Source: Eledone cirrhosa
Lineage: Eukaryota
DNA length: 64,000 bases
Assembly: GCA_964016885.1 (NCBI GenBank)
Contig: OZ024754.1
Coordinates: 38,936,001 to 39,000,000 of the forward strand
Direction: 5' to 3'
A model generated the notes under the pieces. The model did no database searches. It was not told the origin of the DNA and worked only from the letters and a program-made list of their open reading frames with translations. Positions 31,112 through 44,161 of this stretch are shown here, piece by piece; within the stretch, counting starts at the first letter, position 1, and the number at the start of each line of letters is the position of its first letter. The position numbers and the translations under genes are program-made.

Positions 31112-31284
31112 CATGCAGCATGTAATATAGAAGATAGTTCATTCATTGCTCTGAGGGTGGTGTTGGTGGTGGTGTGATGGTGTTGATGGTACTGATATGA
31201 TAACACTGGTGGTGGTGGTGGTGGTGGGTGGAAACCTGAGAAAGGATATTAATTACTTAAAAAGAGATAATAAAATAAACAGTT

Positions 31285-31328
<44 letters not shown>

Positions 31329-31461
31329 ATCATCATTTTCCATCTGCTTTTCCCTGCTTGCAAGGGTTGGACGGGTCCTATTCAGCACAGCATCTCTCCA
31401 CTTGTCAAATCAAGAGCCCAAATCAAGCTCTGGTTCCATTAAATAAAACCACTCATTTTAA

Positions 31462-31922
31462 TTTTGGCACAAGGCCAGCAATTACCCAATACATTACTGG
31501 TACTTTATTTTATCGACCTCGTAAGGATGAAAGGCAAATTTAACATCGGCGGGATTTGAACTCAGATGATCGTAAAGGGACGTAACTCTGCTGGAAAGCA
31601 TGTCCGACCCTCCACCGATACTGCCAATTCACCACTCATTTTAATCAAAATTTTTCAACATAATTTTATATAAGAGCAATATCTTAACTTGTTAATGAAA
31701 TAAATAATAATTTTAGTAAATCCCTCAAAATTCTTCATTAATTAGGCAGTATCGGTAGAGGGTCGGACGCCATGCTTTGACGCATAGAGTTACGGCCCTT
31801 GCCATTCTGAGTTCAAATCCCGCCGAGGTTAGCTTTGCCTTTCATCCTTACGGGGTCGATAAAATAAAGTACCAGTAATGTACTGGGTAATTTCTGGCCT
31901 TGTGCCAATAGTAGAAACAATT
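31462..31922. mobile_element. Head-to-head inverted pair of SINE A (31462-31630 minus; 31745-31922 plus)
   Basis: First copy has a 15-bp TSD accactcattttaat (31448 and 31631). Confidence 0.88.
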
Positions 31923-33320
31923 AATTAATTGAAATGGGGTATATGTCATTAGAGATATAATTAGTAAAGTGTTATGAAATGATGGTGAAACTGGAAGAGA
32001 TGAAAGATTCTTGTGAGGAATTTCACTTGTTTAGAAATGTTTCACATGTTTTTTTTCTACACAGAACAGCAGAATATAACCAAACTATAAATACAGAGAG
32101 GTGTAAATGATCCCCCTGGCATCTGGGCTGTCATCTTCCACTGCCATCACCACTACCATCATAACTACCATCACAATTACCATCATCACCACTACCATTA
32201 TTACCACTATCACAACTACCACCACTACCATCATCACCACCACCACCATCACAACTACCATCATCACCACCACCACCATCACAACTACCATCACCACCAC
32301 TGTCCCCACCATCAGCACTATCACTACCACCGCTGTCATCTTCCACCATTAACATCACCATCATCAGCACTACCACCAACACCACCACCATTATCATCAC
32401 CATCACCACTACCACCACTAACATTATCACCATCATCACCATTACCACCACTCTCCCCACCATCACTACCACCACTGTCATCAGCATCACCATCACTACC
32501 ACCACCGTCATCAGCATCACCATCACTACCACCACCATCATCAGCATCACCATTACTACCACCACCATCATCAGCATCACCATCACTACCACCACTGTCA
32601 TCAGTATCACTACCACTATCACAACAACCTTTACAAAGCAATGTTTTAAAGACAACTGCCCCTCCTGTCACCAACTAATGTAGTCATCCTTTCCAACCAT
32701 TCTGGCTACTGTGTATTTATTTATTCTAAACCATGAAATAAAGTTCAAGTATTTATTACATTTTGCAAAAACCCCCCCAAAAATACGTAATAGAATCAGT
32801 TATAGCTTTTGGGACCCCCATTTGGGGCCTACTACCAGCTTTAGGTTGCCAGCATTTCACATCTGTGAAGAAGGTCTGTGGCCAGTTCCCAAGGTCATCA
32901 TCAAATACAAAGGTGGGTTCAAGTGAGATGAACAGAACATGTCGTGAAGACAAACTGACCCAAGTTTGGTGAATGTGTCTCAAAAAATATAAACGGTGCT
33001 ATTTTTTTTTTTCTCCCTGGACAGTAATCATTATCATCATCATCACCATCGTTTAACGTCCATCTTCCACGCTAGCATGGGTTAGACAGTTTTGTTCCAT
33101 TTGACGCGGGAATGGTCGGGAGATCATGTCTCGCTCGCACGGAAGCGTCTCTGGCAGGTTTTTTTGCAGCTGGATGCCCTTCCTAGCACCAACCACATCT
33201 ACAGTGGTTCATTCTTGGGAATGAATACCGTCCGCATCCTGTGTACAGTCAAGGGTTGTGGGGAAATCACTGAGGCAAAGATATTGATGTTCAATATTTC
33301 GTTTAACAACAACTATTGGT

Positions 33321-33432
33321 AATTCTGACGTGTTTCAATACATTACTTGATATAATTTCCAGACCTACGCACAATCTAGTTTATTAAACAATTGATTACT
33401 TCATATCATAACTGCATCTCTTCAGGGAAAGT
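33321..33432 (-). ncRNA. Hammerhead ribozyme with long (~80 nt) stem II
   Basis: Reverse complement: ttcc-CTGAAGA-gatgcagttatgatatga...ttatatcaagtaatgtatt-GAAAC-ac-GTC-agaa; weak stem I. Confidence 0.6.
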
Positions 33433-33569
33433 TTAACTAGAATTCATATGCGCGCACGCACCTCACACACACACACACATATATATATTGAGTGCTTTGC
33501 TACTCATTCCTAATTGTAGGTTGCTTTGCTTGGCCACAACCAAAGCTTCGATTTTACTAAGTTTCCACT

Positions 33570-33602
<33 letters not shown>

Positions 33603-33605
<3 letters not shown>

Positions 33606-33648
33606 CAGATCCATGGTAGCGTGGAAAATGGACGATAAACGATGATGA

Positions 33649-33692
<44 letters not shown>

Positions 33693-33740
33693 AGACCCAT
33701 GGTAGCGTGGAAAATGGACGATAAACGATGATGATGATGA

Positions 33741-33774
<34 letters not shown>

Positions 33775-33822
33775 AGACCCATGGTAGCGTGGAAAATGGA
33801 CGATAAACGATGATGATGATGA

Positions 33823-33868
<46 letters not shown>

Positions 33869-33924
33869 AGATCCATGGTAGCGTGGAAAATGGACGATAA
33901 ACGATGATGATGATGATGATGATG

Positions 33925-33971
<47 letters not shown>

Positions 33972-34013
33972 AGATCCATGGTAGCGTGGAAAATGGACGT
34001 TAAACGATGATGA

Positions 34014-34016
<3 letters not shown>
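33603..34016 (+). repeat. Five tandem units of an RTE-type 3' tail separated by variable (TA)n
   Basis: ccagayccatggtagcgtggaaaatggacgataaacgatgatgat repeated 5 times. Confidence 0.9.
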
Positions 34017-34069
<53 letters not shown>

Positions 34070-35800
34070 CCCATGCATGCTAGCATGAGAGAGAGAGAGA
34101 GAGAGAGAGAGCAAGAGAGAGAGAGAAAGTTTGGAGGAGGAGAATGGAAAGAGAAAGATAGATATAGATAAATATAGACAACTAGAGACAGACAGACAGA
34201 CTGACAGGGGTATGTATGTGACAGCTGTAACAACAGCTGTCACAGGCTGTGCTGACCCTAACTAACCTGACATAACCATTCAAAACTTTAGGATATTTCT
34301 CTACATATTTTCAGGTAACCATCCTCCTCCTCCTCCCGCTCGGACTTATTCCTTTTTCAGATTTTTTCCACCACCTCCCCTCTTATTTTAATACCTCGCT
34401 TATTAAATTTTTGCTAATCTATCTCCAGTGGAATTTTATTTTAAGAGGTAGCATTCCTGCGACAATTAATTTTCTTTAGAAATTAAAAATATATTATACA
34501 TGATAAGAAAGTACATTACTAGAAATCTCAAATGTTATCAAATAAAAAGGATAGGCCAGGATCTCAATATGCAAACAAAACGGTTAATTCTGGCTTTTTT
34601 TTTTTAAATCAACACAGACAATCTGCTTATTATACCCCCCCCCCCCGGCCCCACACACTGATTTTTCCCAACCTCACCCCCACTATATTTTGAACTCCAA
34701 CAGTAATATCACTTCAACCTTGTGTGTTAGCAGCTGTGTCCATTTGAGATACATGCTGGGTAACAAAGCTGTCTTGCATACTACCATTCACCATCCCTAT
34801 ATCCCATCATTGCAGGCTTATATCAAATAACTGCTATTATCATGTGAAGGACATGGGGTTTCGGGTGTCAGCCACCTGGAGTTATATCGAGAATTATTTT
34901 AATTTTGATTTTTTAAATGGTGGTGGATTGACAGTAATGTTAAAGTGTCGACAAAACACCCAGAGTTACTTGTTCTGGTCTTTTAAATTCAAATCCCACT
35001 GAGATCAACTTTGCTTTTCAACCTTACCAGGTCAATAAAATGAAGTACCAGTCAAATATTGGGGTTGATTTAATCAAATTTCCCTCCATCTCTGGCCTTC
35101 TGCTTAAATTAGAAACCATTATTTACAGTCTGAGTTCAAATCCCGCCGAGGTTAACTTTGCCTTTCATCCTTATGGGGTCGATAAAATAAAGTACCAGTA
35201 ATGTACTGCGTAATTGCTGGCCTTGTGCCTAAAGTAGAAACAATTATTATTATTATTATTTAATTTAAAGATAAGGCATAGGCATGGCTGTGTGGTTTCT
35301 GATTCACTTGTACTTTGTGGAACCTTAGGCAAGTGTTTCAACTATAGCCACGGAGTAAACACTGCCTTGTAAGTGAAATTTGGTAGACGGAAACTGCAGA
35401 AGCCCATTACACGTGTGTGTGTGTGTGTGCATGTGTGTGCGCGTGTGTTATAAATTACCAATTTGACAAAAAAGAGATTGAAAAAATAAGTACTTGGGGT
35501 CCAATATGACCAACTAAATCCCCTTTAAGGTAGTGCTCCAGCATGGCCACAACCTAGTGACCAAAACCAATAAAATACGTATGTAGGCACCCATAATTCC
35601 AGATTTAGCTCTTCTCTTCTCAAAGTCTAAACACAGCAGATTTCTTCTTTTTCTTCTTCTTCCAGAGAGAAAGGGAGAGAGAGAGAGAGTGATAGGGATG
35701 AAGGGAGAGAGAGAGGGAGGGAGAAAGAGAAAGAAAGAGAGAGAGGGAGAAAGAAAGAGAGAGAGAGGGAGAAAGAAAGAGAGAAAGAGGGAGAAAGAGG

Positions 35801-35831
<31 letters not shown>

Positions 35832-36057
35832 TAAGTGATAGAGATGAAGAGAGAAAGAGAGAGACAGCTATGATAGACTAAATGTCCTTTAACTCTTTAG
35901 CATTTAAACCGGCCATATCCGGCCAGAATTCTCACCGCTTTCTGTTCAAACCGGCTGTAACTGGCTGCCCGTTCTCAAAATAAATAATATCAAAAATTTC
36001 ATAGATTCGATATTATGTGAGATAAAGTGTTTACCGTGAAAATACAATAGTATATAT

Positions 36058-36296
36058 CAGTAGCGTGCAGAGGGGAGGGGGGGGGGGGTGACGGTACATT
36101 GGCCTGGGGCATCATTTGGGGGGAAAAGAATTTAATAAATTTGATTGATTTATATTAAAATCATATAAAGCATTCATATATTCAAAATATTTTCCTTTCT
36201 CATAATATTTCTCAATATATTAGGTCTTATACTTGAGTCTTTGGGGCATACAATCAAGATTTACTCATGGCATCACCAGAACTCTGCCCTCCGCTG
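36058..36296. mobile_element. hAT-like non-autonomous element nested in a piggyBac MITE (35889-36331)
   Basis: CAG...CTG termini; 8-bp TSD gtatatat/gtaaatat, single-copy in uninterrupted MITEs. Confidence 0.65.
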
Positions 36297-36373
36297 GTAA
36301 ATATAGAGTAATGTAAATGGCAAAAGGTCAAGGTATGGTCGCTGTCAGTAAAATAATAAAAGACTATAAATAC

Positions 36374-36426
36374 CTGCAGGAGGTGATTCGGTGGAATCCT
36401 CCATGCTGTCATTGTGTAAAGACATC
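36374..36426 (-). CDS. Candidate 53-nt exon (RMSLHNDSMEDSTESPPA if joined to 39333-39390)
   Basis: gttgctataag| ... CAG|gtattt; stays open when spliced to its neighbours. Confidence 0.45.
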
Positions 36427-36849
36427 CTTATAGCAACACCACACTAACAGGTTCTGGTAAGAGATAATACCACTACTACTGCTAGTGGTATTATGAGTGA
36501 TGGTGGTAGTAGTTAACAGTAGTAGTTAGTAATAGTAATATCGGTGATGGTTGTTGTAGTTAACTGTAACAGTAGTAGTAGTAGTAGTAGTAGTTGTAGT
36601 AGTAGTTGTAGTAGTGGTAGTAGTAGTAGTAGTAGTGGTATTAGTTAACAGTGGTAGAGGCGGTACCCCACCCCCACCCCTCCTCCTCCCCCTGTCTGTC
36701 TGTCTGTCAGTATTATAAATGGGATCCTCTGTTTGACATGCATCAGTGAGCCAGGATGTCATCACATGTCTATTTTTGATTGACACACCAGAAATGATGG
36801 CGGCGGGGGTGGGTGGGGGAGGGGGTCACGTGTTGGTTGTGGGTTACAT

Positions 36850-37870
36850 GTGATGGCAATGGTGATGGCAATGAGGGTGGTTAAATGGTGCTGGTGGTGG
36901 TGATGGTGATGATAATGGTGGTGATGGTGGTGGTGCTGATGGTGGTGGTGGTGGTGGTGGTGATGGTAGTGGTGGTGATAATGGTGGTGGCGATGGTGCT
37001 GGTGGTGGTGATGGTGATGATAATGGTGGTGATGGTGGTGGTGGTGCTGATAGTGGTGATGGTGGTGGTGGTGGTGGTGGTGGTGGTGATGGTAGTGGTG
37101 GTGATAATGGTGGTGGCGATGGTGCTGGTGGTGGTGATGGTGATGATAATGGTGGTGGTGGTTGTGGTGGTGATAGTGGTGATGGTGGTGATGGTGGTGG
37201 TGGTGATAGTGGTGGTGATAGTGGTGATAGTGGTGATGGTGGTAGTGGTGGTGGTGATGATGGTGGCGGTGGTGATGGTGGTGGTGGTGATGATGGTGGT
37301 GATGGTGATGGTGATGATGGTGGTGGTGGTGGTAGTGGTGGTTATAATGGTGGTGGCGATGGTGATGGTGGTGGTGGTGATTATGGTGGTGATGATGGTG
37401 GTGGTGGTGGTGATAATGGTGGTTGGTGGTGGTGGTGATGGTGGCGATGGTGATGATGATAATGGTGGTGATGGTAGTGGTGATTATGGTGGTGGTGGTT
37501 ATGATGGTGATGGTAGTGGTGGTGGTGATGATGGTGGTGGTGATGATGGTAGAGATGGTGATGGTGGTGGCGATGGTGATGGTGGTGGCGATGGTGATGG
37601 TGGTGGCGATGGTGGTTACATGGTACACCAATGTAGCAGAAAATAACAGTAAAATATCTTAATCTATAAACATCCTTTAGAGTAGTTTGTGTTGTCAAAT
37701 GATACCAACGGTAGTGGTGGCGGTGGTAGTGGTGGTGGTAGTGGTGGTGGGATGGTGGTGGTGTTGGTAGTAGTGGCGGTGGTGGTGGTGGTGGTGGTGG
37801 GATGGTGGTGGTGTTGGTAGTAGTGGCGGTGGTGGTGGTGGTGTTGGTTGGTGATGGTGGTAGTAGTATT
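36850..37870. repeat. (GGT/GAT)n compound repeat
   Basis: Direct reading. Confidence 0.93.
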
Positions 37871-39332
37871 ACCCTACCACAAATCTCCCTCTCCCCCACC
37901 CTTTCTCTCTTGTCACACACACACACACACACACATACACACACACACACACAACCATTTTTCATAGGGTTGGAATGTTGGTGTCTGTTGCAACTTTCAA
38001 CAGCAGTATAACTGAAACTATAAATTAATATGTTAACCCTTTAGATAACAACTTGCTCAACACCCATACCCTTTGGGTCTGATTTCACGAAACAAAATCA
38101 TCCATTTTAAAGGGCCCCTATTTAACATAAAAGTAATTTTCTATAAGGACCATGCATTAAGTTAGTATCTTTGTAATGAAATAATTGTTTCTACTTTAGG
38201 CACAAGGCCAGCAATTACCCAGTGCATTACTGGTACTTTATTTTATCGACCCCGTAAGGATGAAAGGCAAAGTCAACCTCGGCAGGATTTGAACTCAGAT
38301 CATAAAGGGACGTAACTATGCTGGAAAGCATGGCGTCCGACCGAAATAATGGCCATCAATTTTGGGGGGAGGGGAAAGTCGATTAAATCGACCCCAGTGT
38401 GTGACTGGTACTTTATTTTATCCACACCGTAAGGATGAAAGGCAAAGTTAACCTCGGCGGGATTTGAACTCAGATCATAAAGGGACGTAACTTTATGCTG
38501 CAAAGCATGGCGTCCGACCCTCTACCGATACTGCCAATCTGCTGCCCTATCTTTGTAATGAAATAATGAATCATTTCATTAAATCCCTAAAAATTCTTCA
38601 TTAATTAAATGAAATAGAAGACATTTCATTTGAAATACGGTCACAAAAGGGTTTTAAAAAAAAAAGAAAAAAAAACGAGTTGGGGTGGGGGAGTTTCATT
38701 CCCTTTACACATCCAAGATTTCATAATTGTTTCTCCTTTAGGCACAAGGCCAGCAATTTGAAGGGGGGGGGGGAGAAAGTCAATTAAATCAATCCCAGTG
38801 CATTACTGGTACTTTATTTTATCGACCTCCTTAAGGGTGAAAGGCAAAGCTACCCTGGGTGGGTTTTGAACCCAGAACGCAAAGGGCCATAACTCAATAC
38901 TGCAAAGCATGATGATGAAAATGCTGAAAAGTTTTATAACCCCATTTATTAGTTTTGTGAAAGGTTGTGAGTTCAATATCTTGGATGAATATATATATAG
39001 AGGGAGAAGAATTTGAAAATGCAATTGGAATCTATAAGAAGGTTTATTTACAATAACTGTTTCTACGTGAGGCACAAGGCCAGCAATTACCCAGTGTATT
39101 ACTGGTACTTTATTTTATCGACCCCGTAAGGATGAAAGGCAAAATTAACCTCGGCGGGATTTGAACTCAGAATGGCAAGGGCCGTAATTCTATGCGCCAA
39201 AGCATGGCATCCGACACTCTACCAATATTGCCAATCCACCGTTATTTACAATAACTTTACCAGTTTCACAGCTTTATGATTTTAAAAAGTTAAGTGAGAG
39301 ATGCTGAATTACATAATACTTAATAGCATTAC

Positions 39333-39390
39333 CTAATTTTCTGTGAACGCCAGCTCCATGGACTGTTGCCAGCAGATGGAGTAGTGGAAA
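39333..39390 (-). CDS. Candidate 58-nt exon (phase 1: VSTTPSAGNSPWSWRSQKI)
   Basis: ctctcttcccggactaattag| ... AG|gtaatg; GC-richer unique island. Confidence 0.45.
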
Positions 39391-39976
39391 CTAATTAGTC
39401 CGGGAAGAGAGATTCTAATTCTCTACCCACACAAAATCGCTCTTCTCACTATTTAACGTATTAGTATGCAGTCTGTTTTCATTTGTGTTGGTATCTTAAG
39501 GATACTAGCTGAATTAAAACATGGAGTGAGTAGGAAGGGGATCAAAGATTTTTCCGTCCTATCTGATTACTTCGTTTCAGTTATATATATATATATATTC
39601 AGTATTATATACATGTTTTATGTGTTAGGAAATTCCAAAGAAAAAGCAAAGGAAAAAAGAGTGCTCTATGTATAGAACAGAGCTATTTAATGGAGTATTT
39701 ATATTTTGCGTTTGTTCACTTTCTAATTAAATATATATACAATATATAAATTGTTTCAACTTTTGGCAGAAGGCCAGCAATTACCCAGTGTATTACTGGT
39801 ACTTTATTTTATCGACCCCGTAAGGATGAAAGGCAAAGTTAACCTCGGCGGGATTTGAACTCAGAATGGCAAGGGCCGTAACTCTATGCATCAAAGCATG
39901 GCGTCCGACCCTCTACCGATACTGCCAATCCACACAATATATTAATAAATGGAAACTATATTTATAAAACCATAAT

Positions 39977-40041
39977 TATTTTATTATATATATTTCAAGT
40001 GCAACCAAAGCAGTCTTGGTGCGCTTTCATCAGATAAAATA
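39977..40041 (-). ncRNA. Type I minimal hammerhead ribozyme (family of 6261)
   Basis: Reverse complement: tattttat-CTGATGA-aagcgcaccaag...tttggttgcactt-GAAA-tatatata-ataaaata. Confidence 0.75.
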
Positions 40042-40500
40042 CAAAATTTTATATATATATATGCGGCCCAAGTTCAATTGGAGGTAACCACAGATAGTAA
40101 AGTACTCAATACATTGGTAGGGTGTAAAACATCACGTTTAATATAGAAATGGCTTCTACAGGACTAGAACTATTTTATTCAAAAGAAATCATCAGACTCC
40201 CCCTTGGACAGGATGCCAGTCCATCGCAGGGTTAAATCCCCAGCTATTGCTGGTACTCATTTTCACCTGAGTATACTGGAGCAACGTGAAATGAAGTGTT
40301 TTGCTAAAGAACACAACACACAACCCAGGAATCGAACCCGTGACACTACGATCACAAGTCAAACACCCTTACCACTAGGCCACATGCCTCCACATATATA
40401 TATATATATATATATACTTGTGTATAATGGTAGCTATGGTGCTTCCATAGGCGGTATGCCAAAATTAGCACTCAATATTCAGCAGAGTAGAGTGTAGATA

Positions 40501-40538
<38 letters not shown>

Positions 40539-40543
<5 letters not shown>

Positions 40544-40736
40544 AACGAGTAGGACCCCGACGGCTGAGCTCAAGCCGTTTCGACGGCTAATTCTGGACGT
40601 CCAGAAGTAGCCGTCGAAACGGCTTGAGCTCAGCCATCGGGGTCCTACTCGTTCCTATTACCCACTCTACTACCCTAAGTATTGAGTACTTTGGTGCGTT
40701 ATGGTCCACCTGGTTCCTTACCACATTTCCTTTGTT
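40539..40736. mobile_element. 120-bp palindrome plus tail between (TA)n tracts; contains the 3' half of a hammerhead
   Basis: Arms 40539-40598 and 40599-40658 with 2 mismatches; GAAAC-GGCT-tgagctc-AGCC-GTC. Confidence 0.75.
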
Positions 40737-40900
40737 ATATATATATATATATATATAATTGAAGTGATGGTGGTGATATACCGGAAGTTGAAATTTGAAA
40801 CTTTTAAAAGAAGTGAATCTTGAAATAAGGAATACATTAAATTATTTATGTTTAATCAAGAGTTACGAAATTTAGTAGATAAATTATGTAACATTCATTC

Positions 40901-42509
40901 ATTATTTATTCAAAGGGCGGTGGATTGGCAGTATCGGTAGAGGGTCGGACGCCATGCTTTCCAGCATAGTTACGTCCCTTTACGATCTGAGTTCAAATCC
41001 CGCCGAGGTTGACTTTGCCTTTCATCCTTACGGGGTCGATAAAATAAAGTACCAGTAATGCACTGGGTAATTGCTGGCCTTGTGCCTAAAGTAGAAACAA
41101 TTATTTATTCAAAGGGCGGTGGATTGGCAGTATCGGTAGAGGGTCGGACGCCATGCTTTCCAGCATAGTTACGTCCCTTTACGATCTGAGTTCAAATCCC
41201 GCCGAGGTTGACTTTGCCTTTCATCCTTACGGGGTCGATAAAATAAAGTACCAGTAATGCACTGGGTAATTGCTGGCCTTGTGCCTAAAGTAGAAACAAT
41301 TATTTATTCAAAGGGCGGTGGATTGGCAGTATCGGTAGAGGGTCGGACGCCATGCTTTCCAGCATAGTTACGTCCCTTTACGATCTGAGTTCAAATCCCG
41401 CCGAGGTTGACTTTGCCTTTCATCCTTACGGGGTCGATAAAATAAAGTACCAGTAATGCACTGGGTAATTGCTGGCCTTGTGCCTAAAGTAGAAACAATT
41501 ATTTATTCAAAGGGCGGTGGATTGGCAGTATCGGTAGAGGGTCGGACGCCATGCTTTCCAGCATAGTTACGTCCCTTTACGATCTGAGTTCAAATCCCGC
41601 CGAGGTTGACTTTGCCTTTCATCCTTACGGGGTCGATAAAATAAAGTACCAGTAATGCACTGGGTAATTGCTGGCCTTGTGCCTAAAGTAGAAACAATTA
41701 TTTATTCAAAGGGCGGTGGATTGGCAGTATCGGTAGAGGGTCGGACGCCATGCTTTCCAGCATAGTTACGTCCCTTTACGATCTGAGTTCAAATCCCGCC
41801 GAGGTTGACTTTGCCTTTCATCCTTACGGGGTCGATAAAATAAAGTACCAGTAATGCACTGGGTAATTGCTGGCCTTGTGCCTAAAGTAGAAACAATTAT
41901 TTATTCAAAGGGCGGTGGATTGGCAGTATCGGTAGAGGGTCGGACGCCATGCTTTCCAGCATAGTTACGTCCCTTTACGATCTGAGTTCAAATCCCGCCG
42001 AGGTTGACTTTGCCTTTCATCCTTACGGGGTCGATAAAATAAAGTACCAGTAATGCACTGGGTAATTGCTGGCCTTGTGCCTAAAGTAGAAACAATTATT
42101 TATTCAAAGGGCGGTGGATTGGCAGTATCGGTAGAGGGTCGGACGCCATGCTTTCCAGCATAGTTACGTCCCTTTACGATCTGAGTTCAAATCCCGCCGA
42201 GGTTGACTTTGCCTTTCATCCTTACGGGGTCGATAAAATAAAGTACCAGTAATGCACTGGGTAATTGCTGGCCTTGTGCCTAAAGTAGAAACAATTATTT
42301 ATTCAAAGGGCGGTGGATTGGCAGTATCGGTAGAGGGTCGGACGCCATGCTTTCCAGCATAGTTATGTCCCTTTACGATCTGAGTTCAAAGCCCGCCGGG
42401 GTTGACTTTGCCTTTCATCCTAACGGGGGTCAATAAAATAAAGTACCAGTAATACACTGGTATAATTGCTGGCCTTGTGCCTATTGTAGAAACAATTATT
42501 TATTCAAAG
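40901..42509 (+). repeat. Head-to-tail array of 8 full SINE A copies, period 199 bp
   Basis: 15-bp attatttattcaaag at 40901, 41100, 41299, 41498, 41697, 41896, 42095, 42294, 42495. Confidence 0.97.
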
Positions 42510-42589
42510 TAATCCAACTTATTTTACTAACGAGATAAAAAATATAAAAAGGACACAGTCCTGCACTCCTCCCTTTATTATATATAAAG

Positions 42590-43592
42590 GTGTGTGTGTG
42601 TCTGTGTGTGTGTGTGTGTATGTGTGTGTGCGTTTCATTTTACGTTTACATGTGTGTGTGTCCCGGATGCATGCTAGCATGGAAAACAGATGTAAAAATG
42701 ATAATATATGTGTGTGTGTATATGTGTGTGTGTGTATGTGTGTGTGTATATGTGTGTAATATATATAAGATGTCTTCCAACGCTAAAGTACTTATTTTCA
42801 TGTGTGTGTGTGTGTGTGTGCGCGAGTGGCTGTATGTGTGTGTGCGAGTGTGTGTGTGCGAGAGTGTGTGAGTGAGTGTGTGTGTGTGCACGTGGGTGGG
42901 GGGTGTGTGCGAGTGGGTGGGTGTGTGTGCGCGAGTGGCTGTGTGTGTCTGTGTGTACGAGTGAGTGAGTGAGTGAGTGAGTGAGTGAGTGAGTGAGTGT
43001 GTGTGTGTGTGCGCGAGTGGGTGGGTGTGTGTGCGAGTGGGTGGGTGTGTGCGCGCGAGTGGCTGTGTGTGTCTGTGTGTACGAGTGAGTGAGTGAGTGA
43101 GTGAGTGAGTGAGTGAGTGAGTGAGTGTGTGTGCGAGTGGCTGTGTGTGCGCGAGTGGCTGTGTGTGAGTGTGTGTGAGTGTGTATGTGTGTGTGTGTGA
43201 GTGTGTGTGTGTGAGTGTGTATGTGTGTGTGCGAGTGGGTGTGTGTGGTAGGATAGTATAAGAATTTTTTAAGTTGAGGTGTCTTACTAAGTAATCATCT
43301 GTCTAAATATATGCAAGTGGGGGGGGGCTGAGAGGGGGAGAGAGGGGAAAAGAGGACTGTGTACATTCTGTACAGGTAACAAAGGGGCTGGGGCGGGGTG
43401 GGGGCACCTCACATCTGTAGGTGGTGTCCTTTGTGAATTGGAAAGAGGAGGGGATTGGGGTCAATGTGTAGATATGGTTATGTGTGTGGTATAGCTTTGT
43501 GTAGTGTGTGGCTGTGTGTGTGTGTGTGTGTGTATGCATGAGTGTGTGTCTGTTGTGTATGAGTGTGTCTGTATGAGTGAATGAGTGAGTAT

Positions 43593-43630
<38 letters not shown>

Positions 43631-43760
43631 GTGAACGTGTGTGTGTGTGTGCATGTCTGTGTGAGTGAGTGAATGTGTGTGAGTGAATGTGTGTGTGCAT
43701 GTCTGTGTGAGTGAGTGAATGGGTGGGTGTGAATGTGTGTGTATGTGCATGAGTGAATAA
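42590..43760. repeat. (GT)n/(GAGT)n compound tracts
   Basis: Direct reading. Confidence 0.85.
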
Positions 43761-43769
43761 GTGGGTATA

Positions 43770-44161
43770 TATGTGTGCGAGGTTGTGGTCTCTCTATATT
43801 CAGCTTGTGTATGTGTGTATATGTGTGAGGTGGTCTCTCTATATACAGCTTGTATGTGTGTGTGTGTATATGTGTGAGGTTGTAGTCTCTCTATATACAG
43901 CCTGTGTGTGTGTGTATATTGTGTGTGTATATGTGTGAGGTTGCAGTCTCTCTATATACAGCCTGTGTGTGTGTGTATATATATGTGTGTGAGGTTGTGG
44001 TCTCTCTATATAGAGCCTGTATGTGTGTGTCTATATGTGTGAGGTTGTGGTCTCTCTATATACAGCCTGTATGTGTGTGTATATATGTGTGAGGTTGTTG
44101 TCTCTCTATATACAGCCTGTATGTGTGTGTATATATGTGTGAGGTTGTGGTCTCTCTATAT
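43770..44161. repeat. ~50-bp minisatellite (ATGTGTGAGGTTGTGGTCTCTCTATATACAGCCT...), ~8 copies
   Basis: Direct reading. Confidence 0.9.

Noticed and set aside
40901-42509. tRNA gene cluster or CRISPR array
   Set aside because: The unit is the dispersed SINE (tRNA-like head plus core and tail), with identical linkers rather than spacers
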